A stretch of DNA of 64,000 nt from Macrostomum lignano (Eukaryota), in assembly GCA_002269645.1 (NCBI GenBank), contig NIVC01000257.1:1-64000 (forward strand), written 5' to 3'. The notes beneath the pieces are model-generated. The model did no database searches and had not been told where the DNA came from. It saw only the letters and a list, made by a program, of their open reading frames with translations. The position numbers and the translations under genes are program-made. Shown here one piece after another: positions 1 through 18,337 of this stretch; position 1 is the first letter of the stretch; every line of letters begins with the position of its first letter.

Positions 1-281
1 AGTGGCAGCCTGAGGGTCCAGGATAGCGTAGTGAAGCCTCGCCTGCTGATGCGGCTGCGGTCCCAGCGTTTCGAAGCTGAATTAGAAAACAACGGCAAAT
101 TATGCACTACTTACAGTAGCAGGGCCGCTGACAAAAGAGATGATAAGGACCTGCAACTTCTGACTTGCCAGAAAAGGGATGCTTTTACAAACTATAGAAT
201 ATTCACAAACTATACAAACTTCAATGAGCACCTTATCGCAGCTTTTTCTGGAGACTGAATCATCACCGAAGGCTCCCATCA

Positions 282-6875
<6,594 letters not shown>

Positions 6876-7304
6876 AACTTCAGCAGATTAACAACTAGAA
6901 GGAAAAAGAGCTGGCCGTTTTAACCAGGCGAAAAATGTGAGTGGCTATTTTTTGCGCACTTGCACCCTTCTTAACATTGATAAGGAAGGCTGGGCATTAA
7001 GAAATAGCTTTCACCATGGCTATATGAATATCTGCCGGCCAATTCCAGCTAGAAATTTCTATTTTATCTGCCTGTGCCTGTACCTCCCCTTATTCGTGGC
7101 GTACACCGTGCTGGGTACAGTGAAAGGGTTGCATTGACTGTATCACCGCTTTCCGCTCTTCTGCTGGGCTAGCTCTGGAGCATATAGGCTAGTACCAGCT
7201 TCCCTATGCTAGCTCGGGTTTCTATCGGGGTGGGAAGTGGTTGGACTGGATTGGTGCATGGCCTTCGAGAGCGACTGCCGAACACCGATTGGGCTGTTTG
7301 GGAG

Positions 7305-8425
7305 GCTGTAGAGGGACAGGGAGAAAGGGAGAGTGAAAGGGAATGCTGTAGAGGGACAGCGGAAGAGATGGAGGGACGAGAGGAGAAAAGGAATAGGAGA
7401 AATCGGAGGAGAGAGAAGAGAGGGACAAGGAGAGGGAGAGAGGAGAGGGAGAGAGGAGAGGGAGAGAGGAGAGGGAGAGGAGAGGGAGAGAGGAGAGGGA
7501 GAGGATGAGGGGGAGAGGAGAGGGAGAGAGGAGAGGGAGAGGATGAGGGGGAGAGGAGAGGGAGAGAGGAGAGGGAGAGGATGAGGGGGAGAGGAGAGGG
7601 AGAGGATGAGGGGGAGAGACAGGAGAGGGAGAGGATGAGGGGGAGAGGAGAGGGAGAGAGGAGAGGAGAGGAGAGGAGAGGAGAGGAGAGGAGAGGAGAG
7701 GAGAGGAGAGGAGAGGAGAGGAGAGGAGAGGAGAGGAGAGGATAGGAGAGGAGAGGGAGAGGATGAGGGGGAGAGGAGAGGGAGAGGATGAGGGGGAGAG
7801 ACAGGAGAGAGGAGAGGAGAGGGAGAGGATGAGGGGGAGAGGAGAGGGAGAGGATGAGGGGGAGAGACAGGAGAGAGGAGAGGAGAGGGAGAGGATGAGG
7901 GGGAGAGGAGAGGGAGAGGATGAGGGGAGAGGAGAGGGAGAGGATGAGGGGGAGAGACAGGAGAGAGGAGAGGAGAGGGAGAGGATGAGGGGGAGAGGAG
8001 AGGGAGAGGATGAGGGGGAGAGACAGGAGAGAGGAGAGGAGAGGGAGAGGATGAGGGGGAGAGGAGAGGGAGAGGATGAGGGGGAGAGGAGAGGGAGAGG
8101 ATGAGGGGGAGAGACAGGAGAGAGGAGAGGAGAGGGAGAGGATGAGGGGGAGAGAGGGAGAGAGGAGAGGGAGAGAGGAGAGGGAGAGGATGAGGGGGAG
8201 AGGAGAGGGAGAGGATGAGGGGGAGAGACAGGAGAGGGAGAGGATGAGGGGAGAGGAGAGGGAGAGGATGAGGGGAGAGACAGGAGGGGGAGAGGAGAGG
8301 GAGAGAGGAGAGGGAGAGGATGAGGGGGAGAGACAGGAGAGGGAGAGGATGAGAGGGAGAGGAGAGAGGAGAAAGAGGAGGAAGAGGGACAGACAGTGGT
8401 AGAGGAGCAGGGAGGAGAGGGAGAG
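7305..8425. repeat. Polypurine (GA-rich) compound repeat including a (GAGAG)n core
   Basis: Almost pure G/A on the plus strand. Confidence 0.95.
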
Positions 8426-9059
8426 CACACAGAGAGACACATCCTGTGGGAAGGTGTGCTGAAGAAGCTGAAGGAACAGCACAGTTGACTAACTAAGTCA
8501 CTTTTCAACTTCCGCCCCTCCCCGAGAGAATGTCAACCTAAATTCAGATTACACCAAAATCAATAAAAATACCGCAGAGCGCTATAGAAATTCTAAGTTT
8601 GCACTTAATTCAGCGTTGGTCTTGGCAGTCAGCGGTCGCACTTTGTTGTGAATTTGTATAGTCTACGGCATCGATTAGCCGCTGGAGAAGTTCGATAAAG
8701 ATAAGACAGCAAAGGGCGCAAGTAGGATCTAAATTATATATTTATATTATTATACATGTCGCTTAATTATCAGACTTAGTGTGAGATGTGATCTTAAAGT
8801 ACTTCACATATTTGGTAGGCAATACGCAATTTTTAGCGGTTAGTTGCACTTATTTGAACCTTTTAACATACCTCCTGTCAGCGCATTTTTTATGTATCCA
8901 CCAACTTTCGCGTTGATGACCAAGCTAACTTATCCAAGTATGGTCCTTGTAAGTGCACCTTCTTCCCAAACCTTTATAAGCTGTTTACGTCATTATGGGA
9001 TTCCTATGTGCAAATTTCATATAGAACTTCCGTGAGGAGTTCTGTTAAAATAAAGGAGA

Positions 9060-9420
9060 CTGAGACAGGGAGAGATATTGGAATGAGAGGGAGACTAGGG
9101 TGAGATGGCGTAGTGGGGTGAGAGGGAGACTGGGGTGAGATGGCGAGTGGGGTGAGAGGGAGACTGGGTGAGATGGCGTAGTGGGGTGAGAGGGAGACTA
9201 GGGTGAGATGGCGTAGTGGGGTGAGAGGGAGACTAGGGTGAGATGGCGTAGTGGGGTGAGAGGGAGACTGGGGTGAGATGGCGAGTGGGGTGAGAGGGAG
9301 ACTGGGTGAGATGGCGTAGTGGGGTGAGAGGGAGACTGGGGAGAGATGGCGAGTGGGGTGAGAGGGAGACTGGGGAGAGAGGGAGACTGTGGTGAGAGGG
9401 TAACTGGGGAGGGCGGAGAC
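9060..9420. repeat. About 35-bp G-rich minisatellite (GGGTGAGATGGCGTAGTGGGGTGAGAGGGAGACT)
   Basis: About 9 tandem copies. Confidence 0.92.
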
Positions 9421-9961
9421 TGAGAGATATAAAGTGACTCTAATTTAAATAAACATAGAGAAAAGTGACAAGTAGGGTGAACGACAATGAACTCGAGAGA
9501 GCACAGTTTAAAAGGATCTGGTGCATGTATGGTAAATAATTGGTTGGCAGACTTGATTACAGCTTATTTTATTAGGACAAATAAAGTAAGAAGACGCAAA
9601 GATACCACATGGACACTCGAAGACAGACACAATATGGACGCTCCACACCAAGTAAAAACACAAAAACAAACACGGCATATTAACAAATTTGCGCCATTAC
9701 ATTAATCTCCACAAAAAAATGGGACCCAGAACCGCTTTAGTACTTTTATTAACTTGAAATCTAATTTTAATTTTTAATATTAAAACTTGCAAGCGGCTGT
9801 TTTTTATAAAATAAAAGTACAAGCACAGGCTTGGGTGTCTACAAGCCGGCATTAGGCTGGCTAGAGTGCCACCCCATAGACAACAGTTAGCAAGAAGAAG
9901 AGGGAACAGTCAACCGCGCACCCCTAGACAAAGCTCGCTGGGCCTGTATCTTTTTCAGCAG

Positions 9962-9969
9962 TATATAAG
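9962..9969 (+). promoter_or_regulatory. Candidate TATA box (TATATAAG) of the Ly6-like gene
   Basis: Followed by an ATG-free stretch ending in donor TA|GTAAGT (GT at 10168) that can splice to acceptor TTGACAG| (10595), 15 nt before the ATG at 10611. Confidence 0.55.
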
Positions 9970-10179
9970 CGAGAGCGCAGGAGCGCCTGCAGAGCTAACC
10001 CAATATTTTGCTTACCAACCGAGTGCATCATCAACATACAAACTCGAGTCCTAGAACAGCAGCAACTCAGCAACTGAGGTCGAGTACACTTTCAGGAGCA
10101 ACCGAGTGGAGTCCACACTTAGAAAAAACTGCATCCCGAGTCCATCTGTGCCCGGTAGACGGAGATAGTAAGTCCGCTT

Positions 10180-10440
10180 GTCTTTGTCTCTCCATTCTCC
10201 TCTCTTCCCCTCTACTCTCTCTTGTCTCCCTCTTTCCCCTCCCTCTCCTCTCCTCCCGCTCACTCTTCACTCTTCTTTAACCCTCCCCTTCTCTTCTCCC
10301 TCTCCCCTCCTCACTTCTTACTCTCCCTCTCCTCTCTCTCTCCCTTTTTTCGCTCTTCTCTCAATTCCTCTCCTCTCCGTCTCCCCTCTCTCGCCTTCCA
10401 ATCCACTCTCCATAGCCCTTCGCCTTCTCCACTCTCTCCA
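10180..10440. repeat. CT-rich low-complexity tract in the putative 5'UTR intron
   Basis: Pyrimidine-only stretch. Confidence 0.8.
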
Positions 10441-10610
10441 CGTTTGTCGCTCAAATATGTAAAAAATATTTCAAATTGTATAGCGCATATTTCTCACTAT
10501 TTCTACTTTATATACCCATCCTATATTACATCATAATATTGTCTCGTGGTTCCTTCTCACCTCTGCCTCTGTGTAATTTTTTTTCAAATTGACAGCATTG
10601 CGTCGACGCT

Positions 10611-11483
10611 ATGGACAACGCTTTTGTACTGCAACTGTGCCTGGCCATTGCGCTGTTTCAACTGCCTGTGTGCAGTGCAGTAACTAAGTGCATTGTTGGT
10701 GCTTTCTCAGGGACAAATTATTCTACTGCCGCGTTTGACGCATTAAAGAGTGCAAAATCTAAAACGTGTCCCACAACGAGTAACGATAAATGCCATACAG
10801 TCTACACTTCCGCCAGCGGTCAGTTGGTAAGTGCAGACTAATAAACCAATATTGTATTGAATAGTCCGCTTGGCCATACATTTAACCTAATTTTTTCAGA
10901 AAGCATTAGAATTCAAATGTGGCGCAACTGCCTGTGGTAATCCAACAAAAACAGACTGCGATAGTTGCGACGTTGATGATTGCAACACTGTAAATGATGT
11001 ATTTAATAAATTCTCATCATGCCCGTATTACGACGGCATAAATCAAACGACGATAACCACGGTTGAAATCTACTGTGTGAAAACACCTCAGAGCTGTAAA
11101 CGACTAGATTATAAAGATGGAGTGAGTAATAGGCTGGTATTCTTTTTTCAATTAAAAACTATTTTACCGTTTGAAAAATACGCTGAATTTTTATCTTTCA
11201 GACTGACGCCAAAGTCTATATTGGCTGCGAATCCGACTGTACGGCTAAGGAAACTGCTGCCACTCCGGCTAATGTGGTTAAAGGATGCACGTCTTGCAAA
11301 GGATATGATTGCGCGCCCACCACCGCGCCTGCTGTTACGACACCAAATAAAAGTAAAAAAAAAACAGACGATGTCAAAGACTCAAAAGACGATGAAAAGA
11401 AGTCGCAGGACCAGCTGCAGCCGGGACAGCCGATCTTCCTAGCTCTACTAGTGGCTTTTTCACTGTGCTTGGCTCTACTCTAA
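10611..11483 (+). CDS. Secreted/GPI-anchored Cys-rich protein with two Ly6/uPAR (three-finger)-like domains, 239 aa
   Basis: Exons 10611-10826, 10900-11121, 11202-11483, all phase 0 with GTAAGT/GTGAGT donors and TTTCAG acceptors. Signal-peptide-like N-terminus, two 8-Cys modules ending CDVDDCN and CKGYDC, hydrophobic C-terminus (IFLALLVAFSLCLALL), AATAAA at 11671. The fold assignment is inferred from Cys spacing. Confidence 0.85.
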
Positions 11484-12085
11484 TGGCTGCTCGTCTAAAA
11501 AGTTTGAGTTTAAATCCGCGCATAAAAATAGCGCGAGATAACAAAAAATTTATGTTTTAACTAAAGTGACTATGCTTTCTCGACCCCTGTTAAAATATTT
11601 TTCAGAAAACCTACAATGCGTATAACTACATTCATTCACCGGCTCTTGTTCTGAAAGTGTGCCGATTACAAATAAACATGAAAGGATTTAATTCCTCAAA
11701 ATACTGTACACTCAAAAATTAAAGAATTTAAGTCTATCTAATTTTTTCTAAAATGATAAATAGCTTAAGCTTAAGGGACTCGTTCCCTTCACAAATTCAA
11801 AAATAAATGGATCGCGTTTACCATAGACAATTTTCAAACGATCAATAGAAGCTATAAGCTAGCCGATTCATCCCCTGATGTGTAAAGGCCTGCATAATGG
11901 AAATTAAATCCGGCAATTAGTTAAGAGATCTGACTAAGAGTTAAGAGAATCGCTTTAATGTCGTACTTCTCTTCTAACCACAAACAGTCGATGACGAATT
12001 AGTCAAAGAATATGCATAAAATAAAGCGATAAAACGAGGGTTTTAGGAGGGCTAGCATGTAGCTCACTGAAATAAATTCAAGAAT

Positions 12086-12970
12086 TCCCCTCCATCCACC
12101 CTCTTCCCTCTATCCATACTCTCTCCCCTCTATCCACCCTCTCCCCTCTATCCACGGCCTCTCCCCTCTATCCACGGCCTCTCCCCTTTATCCAACCTCT
12201 TCCCTTTATCCACCCTCTCTCCTATCCACGGCCTCTCCCCTCTATCCACCCTCTCCCCTCTATCCACCCTCTCCCCTCTATCCACGGCCTCTCCCCTCTA
12301 TCCACCCACTCCCCTCTATCCACCCTCTCTCCTATCCACGGCCTCTCCCCTCTATCCACCCTCTCCCCTCTATCCACCCTCTCCCCTCTATCCACCCACT
12401 CCCCTCTATCCACCCTCTCCCCTCTATCCACGGCCTCTCCCCTTTATCCACCCTCTTCCCTCTATCCACCCTCTCCTATCCACGGCCTCTCCCCTCTATC
12501 CACCCTCTCCCCTCTATCCACGGCCTCTCCCCTTTATCCACCCTCCCACGGTCTCACCTCTATCCACCCTCCCACGGTCTCACCTCTATCCACCCTCCCA
12601 CGGTCTCACCTCTATCCACCCTCCCACGGTCTCACCTCTATCCACCCTAACACGGTCTCACCTCTATCCACCCTAACACGGTCTCACCTCTATCCACCCT
12701 ACCACGGTCTCACCTCTATCCACCCTCCCACGGTCTCACCTCTATCCACCCTACCACGGTCTCACCTCTATCCACCCTCCCACGGTCTCACCTCTATCCA
12801 CCCTCCCACGGTCTCACCTCTATCCACCCTACCACGGTCTCACCTCTATCCACCCTCCACGGTCTCACCTCTATCCACCCTCCCACGGTCTCACCTCTAT
12901 CCACCCTCCCACGGTCTCACCTCTATCCACCCTCCCACGGTCTCACCTCTATCCACCCTCCCACGGTCTC
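12086..12970. repeat. Compound C/T-rich minisatellite: 18-20-bp units (CCCTCTATCCACCCTCTC) turning into 26-bp units (CACGGTCTCACCTCTATCCACCCTCC)
   Basis: Unit switch near 12545. Confidence 0.93.
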
Positions 12971-13559
12971 AGTGCACTTACTTTTTCTCTAGCAATAATC
13001 GAACCTAGGCCTCGCATCGATTTGCTCTACGCTCGTACTGTTAGTATAGCGTGCGTTGAGTATTTTCCCGAATTTTCCATTCCCGAATGCACATGAATCT
13101 TTATTTATCTTAGAGTTTGAAAGCACCGATATTACATGTCCGTCTGGGAGTGGCTTTTTAAGGCATCAAGCATTTTAGGAAGAAAATAATGTCATCGTGG
13201 TGATTCATCATTCGGTTTATGATGGCATTATCTGCACATAGGTTTCTCTTCAACCTCTTGACTGGCTGACGACATTTCATATAAATGAAAAAAACTGCAG
13301 CCCTAAAAGTCGACAATGTTAGCTTGTACATAAAATTTTACGAGTACATATAATTTCAAGGCAAACTCAACCAGTGTATTTATGCTCTGTGCATTATGCA
13401 AAAGATGAGCAGATATTGGACCTATGGGCCTGCCCCCCTATTTAGTTAACAACAAAATAGACAGAACCGCGAAGACGGCTTTCAAGGCAATATAAGAGGA
13501 GAAACTTTGGATTCGATTCGGTGCATACAGACATACTGTAACTGCATACAGACATACAG

Positions 13560-13573
13560 ACTGACCGACAGAC

Positions 13574-13618
<45 letters not shown>

Positions 13619-13635
13619 CACAGACAGACAGACAG
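13560..13635. repeat. (CAGA)n microsatellite in the DUSP11 3' region
   Basis: Tetranucleotide run. Confidence 0.9.
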
Positions 13636-13830
13636 AGCAGAAGCAGCTGGCCAGTCAGAGAAGCCGTAGTGCACACCTATGCATGTACATGTAAGACTAT
13701 TTGAAATAATCGCTTCCTATTTCTCTAAGTTTGGTTTACACGCAGAAGATATCAGCTTGTAGCATGCATTGTACATCGGGCAGTACAATTCAACAAATCG
13801 AGAACACTACACGCGAGCAGCACGGTGCGG

Positions 13831-16800
13831 TTAATTTCCCTGTTGGCCATGTTGATTTCCGGTATGGCGCCATTTATGACTTTGGTTGCCATGGCTACTA
13901 TGATGACTTCGGTTGCCATGGCTACTATGATGACTTCGGTTGCCATGGCTACTATGATGACGGTGGTTGCCATGGCTACCATGATGACTTTGGTTGCCAT
14001 GGCTACCGTGACGACTTTGGTTGCCATGGCTACTATGATGACTTTGGTTGCCATGGCTACCGTGACGACTTTGGTTGCCATGGCTACCATGATGAGTTTG
14101 GTTGCCATGGCTACCATGATGACTTTGACCCTGGTAATTGGGGCCAAAATAGTTGCCATACGAATCGTAATAACCAAAATTGTATTGAACACCATAGGGT
14201 TGATAGCCATTGTAACCATGGAAACCAGTGATTGCCTTCCGGCGGGACGCGGGATGATCGTACGGTTTTGGACGACTTTGCTTCTGATTCTGCCAACTGC
14301 CATCGTGGCTGTTGGCGCTCTGCACTGCAGCCCCACCCGCTTCTGCAGCAACTGCGGCTGGCGGGTCGATCGTTGCTCGGGCCTTGGATTGCTGCTGTGA
14401 CGCCTGCGTTGAGGTATGGTCGGTTGCCATGGTTACCACTGTTACTATTCTTTATCCTTACTTTTCTCTCTACCTAGTCTAGCAACTCTGTTGCCTAGCA
14501 GGTAAACAAAGAAAAAAATCTTATGCATATCAAATAAAATCTATGGTTGCTATGGTTACCTAAGAAAACTGGTTGCTATGGATAACTGAGAGAATCGGCT
14601 GCTATGGTTACCTAAGAAAATTGGTTGCTATGGATAACTGAGAGAATCGGCTGCTATGGTTACCTAAGAAAATTGGTTGCTATGGATAACTGAGAGAATC
14701 GGCTGCTATGGTTACCTAAGAAAATTAGTTGCTATGGATAACTGAGAGAATCGGCTGCTATGGTTACCTAAGAAAATTGGTTGCTATGGATAACTGAGAG
14801 AATCGGCTGCTATGGTTACCTAAGAAAATTGGTTGCTATGGATAACTGAGAGAATCGGCTGCTATGGTTACCTAAGAAAATTGGTTGCTATGGATAACTA
14901 AAAAAATCGGTTGCTATGGACAACTAATAAAATCGGTTGCTATGGTTACCTAAGAAAATTGGTTACTAAGGTACCTAAAGAATGGTTGCTACGGTGCCTC
15001 AGTAAAATCGGTTGCCACGGGTATCCAAGAGAATTGGTTGCCTAGGGTTACACCAGGGACAATGTTGCAATGGCTACCAAATGACGCGATTACTTTATTA
15101 TCACATCATTACCCAAAAAAGGCCTCCCCATCAACGCCCAGCTTTTACCGCAACGGCACGCAGGTCGGCCAGATAATTCTCCCGCTCAATAGGGAAGCCG
15201 CGGGCCTCAGCAAACGCGGCGATGGCTTTTTCGGCCGGCCAGCCGTCGACGTCGATCAGGTAGCGGCAGATCATGTAGCCGGTGCGGTTCACCCCGTGGG
15301 TGCAGTGCACAGCTACCACCGAGTCTGGGGGGGGGGGGGGGTGATTGCAAACTCAGGAATTCCACTCGCGAAATCAATTGCTTTTGAGGAAATTGGCTCG
15401 GATGTGGATTCCGTTAAGATTTTTTTTGCAATAGAGATTTGGGATTTCCGCTGAGATTCTCTGGGATTTGGGACTTAATCTGAGATTCTCTTTGGGATTT
15501 GGGTCTTCCGCTAACATTTTCATAGGGGTTTGGGATTTCCGTTGAGATTCTCTTAGGAATTTGGGATTTCCGTTGAGATTCTCTTAGGGATTTGGGATTT
15601 CCGTTGAGATTCTCTTAGGGATTTGGGATTTCCGTTGAGATTCTCTTAGGGATTTGGGATTGCTGTTGGGATTCTCTTAGGGATTTGGGATTTCCGTTGA
15701 GATTCTCTTAGGAATTTGGGATTTCCGTTGGGATTCTCTTAGGGATTTAGGATTCCTGTTGGGATTCTCTTAGGGATTTGGGATTTCCGTTGAGATTCTC
15801 TCAGGGATTTGGGATTTCCGTTGAGATTCTCTTAGGGATTTGGGATTCCCGTTGGCATTTTATGGAGCATGGATTTGCTAAGATACTCGTAGATAACACG
15901 GAAAATTACGAGTTTAACCCTATAGGAGATATGATTAACAGGAATGGCTTTTACACCGAAACAAAGACCGGTGTATTTTACACGCGAACAAAGACTCACC
16001 AGGAGATTCCTGTCTGAACTGGTTGACCACGGCTTCGAATCTGGAAGAGGATTATTTTTAAGCAGAGAGGCGGCGTGGAGAAGATGACAAAACGGCGTTC
16101 ATACGTTGTAGCTTTGATTTATTCACCTGCTTATGCACTTTTGGTCAGGGATGTTGTGGCCTTCAACAAAGATTTTCTCGTATTTCACTCCCTGGCTGGT
16201 GAATTCCTAGAATTCGAAAATTTATTTTTTTGCCAGCCATTGAAACTTCAAACCTCTTAAAATGTTTACAACTACCTCAATCATATGAAAATCCAAAATT
16301 TAATCCCCAAAAATCAGATTCATAAAAATCCCCCAAAAAATCAGATTCATAAAAATCCCCCATAAAATCCCCAAAAATCAGACCCATAAAAATCCCCCAA
16401 AAATCAGATCCATAAAAATCCCCCAAAAATCAGACCCATAAAAATCCCCCAAAAATCAGATCCATAAAAATCCCCTAAAAAATCAGACCCATAAAAATCC
16501 CCCAAAAATCAGACCCATAAAAATCCCCCAAAAATCAGACCCATAAAAAATCCCCCAAAAATCAGATCCATAAAAATTCCCCAAAAATCAGACCCATAAA
16601 AATCCCCTTAAGGCAGGTTTACCTGAGGGTTGTAGTACCGAGTAGTGAAAGTGAGATCCACCACCAGTCCCAGTGGCAGCTTCATCTGTTTGCACCTGTT
16701 CATCAGCTCGGACGGGGTGAACTGCTCATGAGCTGGCATTGAGGCAACGTAGCACTGCGAATGCAATACAAAATAGTTTCTTTTACAAAGCAATCATTGT

Positions 16801-18000
16801 GGCTGAGTCAATTTGTTCGCCTCATTTTTATTGCTTTTTCAAATATGATAAAGCATAATAGCAACAAAATAACTTATTAACTCACCTGTTTGAGTGGCAC
16901 TTTAACCGCTAGAAAATGTGTGTCAGAGATAATCTCCTTAAACGGGTTATAGGCTTCCCATCTGGAAATTGGAATTCCGCGGGGGTATTCTTTAAGGGAA
17001 TTCAAGGAGAATTCTTTAGGGAATTCGGGGGAGAGATTCATAAGGGGAATTCGGGGAGAGATTCTTAAGGGGAATTCGGGGGAGAGATTCTTAAGGGGAT
17101 TCTGGGGGAGAGATTCATAAGGGGAATTCGGGGGAGAGATTCTTAAGGGGAATTTGGGGGGAGAGATTCTTAAGGGGATTCTGGGGGAGAGATTCTTAAG
17201 GGGATTCTGGGGGAGAGATTCTTAAGGGGACTCTGGGGGAGAGATTCTTAAGGGGAATTCGGGGGAGAGATTCTTAAGGGGAATTCGGGGGAGAGATTCT
17301 TAAGGGGATTCTGGGGGAGAGATTCTTAAGGGGATTCTGGGGAGAGAGATTCTTAAGGGGAATTCGGGGGGAGAGATTCTTAAGGGGAATTCGGGGGGAG
17401 AGATTCTTAAGGGGAATTCGGGGGGAGAGATTTTTAAGGGGATTCTGGGGGGAGAGATTCTTAAGGGGAATTCGGGGGGGGGAGAGATTTATAAGGGGAA
17501 TTCGGGGGGAGAGATTCTTAAGGGGAATTCGGGGGGAGAGATTCATAAGGGGAATTCGGGGGGAGAGATTTATAAGGGGATTCTGGGGGAGAGATTCTTA
17601 AGGGGATTCTGGGAGGAGAGATTCTTAAGGGGATTCTGGGAGGAGAGATTCTTAAGGGGAATTCGGGGGGGGGGGAGATTCTTAAGGGGAATTCGGGGGG
17701 AGAGATTCTTAAGGGGAATTCGGGGGGAGAGATTCTTAACGGGAATTCGGAGGGAGAGATTCTTAAGGGGAATTCGGGGGGGGGAGAGATTCTTAAGGGG
17801 AATTCGGGGGGAGAGATTCTTAAGGGGAATTCGGGGGGGGGGGAGAGATTCTTAAGGGGAATTCGGGAAGAGAGATTTTTAAGGGGAATTCGGGGGGGGG
17901 AGAGATTCATAAGGGGAATTCGGGCAGATTGGTATAGAGAAGGCAGGTGTAAGTTATCAATAGCGCTACGCACTTACCGATCTGGTATGCCCCCAGGCAT
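13831..18000 (-). CDS. DUSP11: DUSP11/PIR1-like RNA 5'-tri/diphosphatase with His-rich low-complexity C-terminal tail, 366 aa
   Basis: Exons (minus) 18000-17978, 16961-16886, 16754-16623, 16206-16127, 16040-16000, 15324-15149, 14403-13831; all phases match. Motifs IPDRW, VKVPLK, VDLTFTTRYY, HCTHGVNRTG, ARGFPIERENY. No guanylyltransferase domain follows, so it is not the capping enzyme. The last exon is less certain than the first six. Confidence 0.9.
13880..14125 (-). repeat. 27-bp coding minisatellite (9 copies) encoding HHGSHGNQS-type repeats
   Basis: GTTGCCATGGCTAC at 13885 + 27n (n=0-8). Confidence 0.95.
14545..15075. repeat. 26-bp/52-bp dimeric minisatellite with X-box-like core in the DUSP11 last intron
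   Basis: Alternating GGTTGCTATGGATAACTGAGAGAATC / GGCTGCTATGGTTACCTAAGAAAATT; degenerate copies toward 15075. Confidence 0.95.
15480..15850. repeat. 31-bp minisatellite (GGGATTTCCGTTGAGATTCTCTTAGGGATTT), DUSP11 intron 5
   Basis: About 11 copies. Confidence 0.92.
16300..16610. repeat. 26-27-bp minisatellite (AAAAATCAGACCCATAAAAATCCCCC), DUSP11 intron 3
   Basis: About 11 copies. Confidence 0.92.
16985..17925. repeat. 26-29-bp G-rich minisatellite (GGGGGAGAGATTCTTAAGGGGAATTC), DUSP11 intron 1; G-quadruplex-prone
   Basis: About 34 copies with variable G-run length. Confidence 0.95.
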
Positions 18001-18337
18001 TGTGCAGCGCTGAACACTGAAAGGCAAATTTTTAATTGTTGAATTTGATGGACACGATGGATAGATATCTATGCAGTGGCCTCATAAATATATCTACGAT
18101 CGTATATTAAGTCCTGAATGCAAATCAATTTTAAATAAAAGTCGAAGAAAGGAAGTCAAGTTTTAAATAAATAAATCAAAGTACCTTTTATTTAGCGTTC
18201 CGCATACATCATTGCTAGAGACCTCAATGGTAGTTAAAATAGCAGTGCATAGAGAGATAGAGAAGTGAGAACTAACTATTAACCTGTGTTCCAAGATGCA
18301 TCGAAAATATACTTCAAATTTAGTTAATTTATATGCC

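Noticed and set aside
13731-14231. Plus-strand ORF with (DDFGCHGYY)n, superficially a metal-binding Cys/His peptide
   Set aside because: Antisense shadow of the DUSP11 27-bp coding repeat; starts at a non-ATG codon and has no splice or promoter support.
15131-18000. mRNA capping enzyme (RNGTT) as identity of the HCTHG phosphatase
   Set aside because: No guanylyltransferase domain follows; motifs and length fit DUSP11/PIR1.
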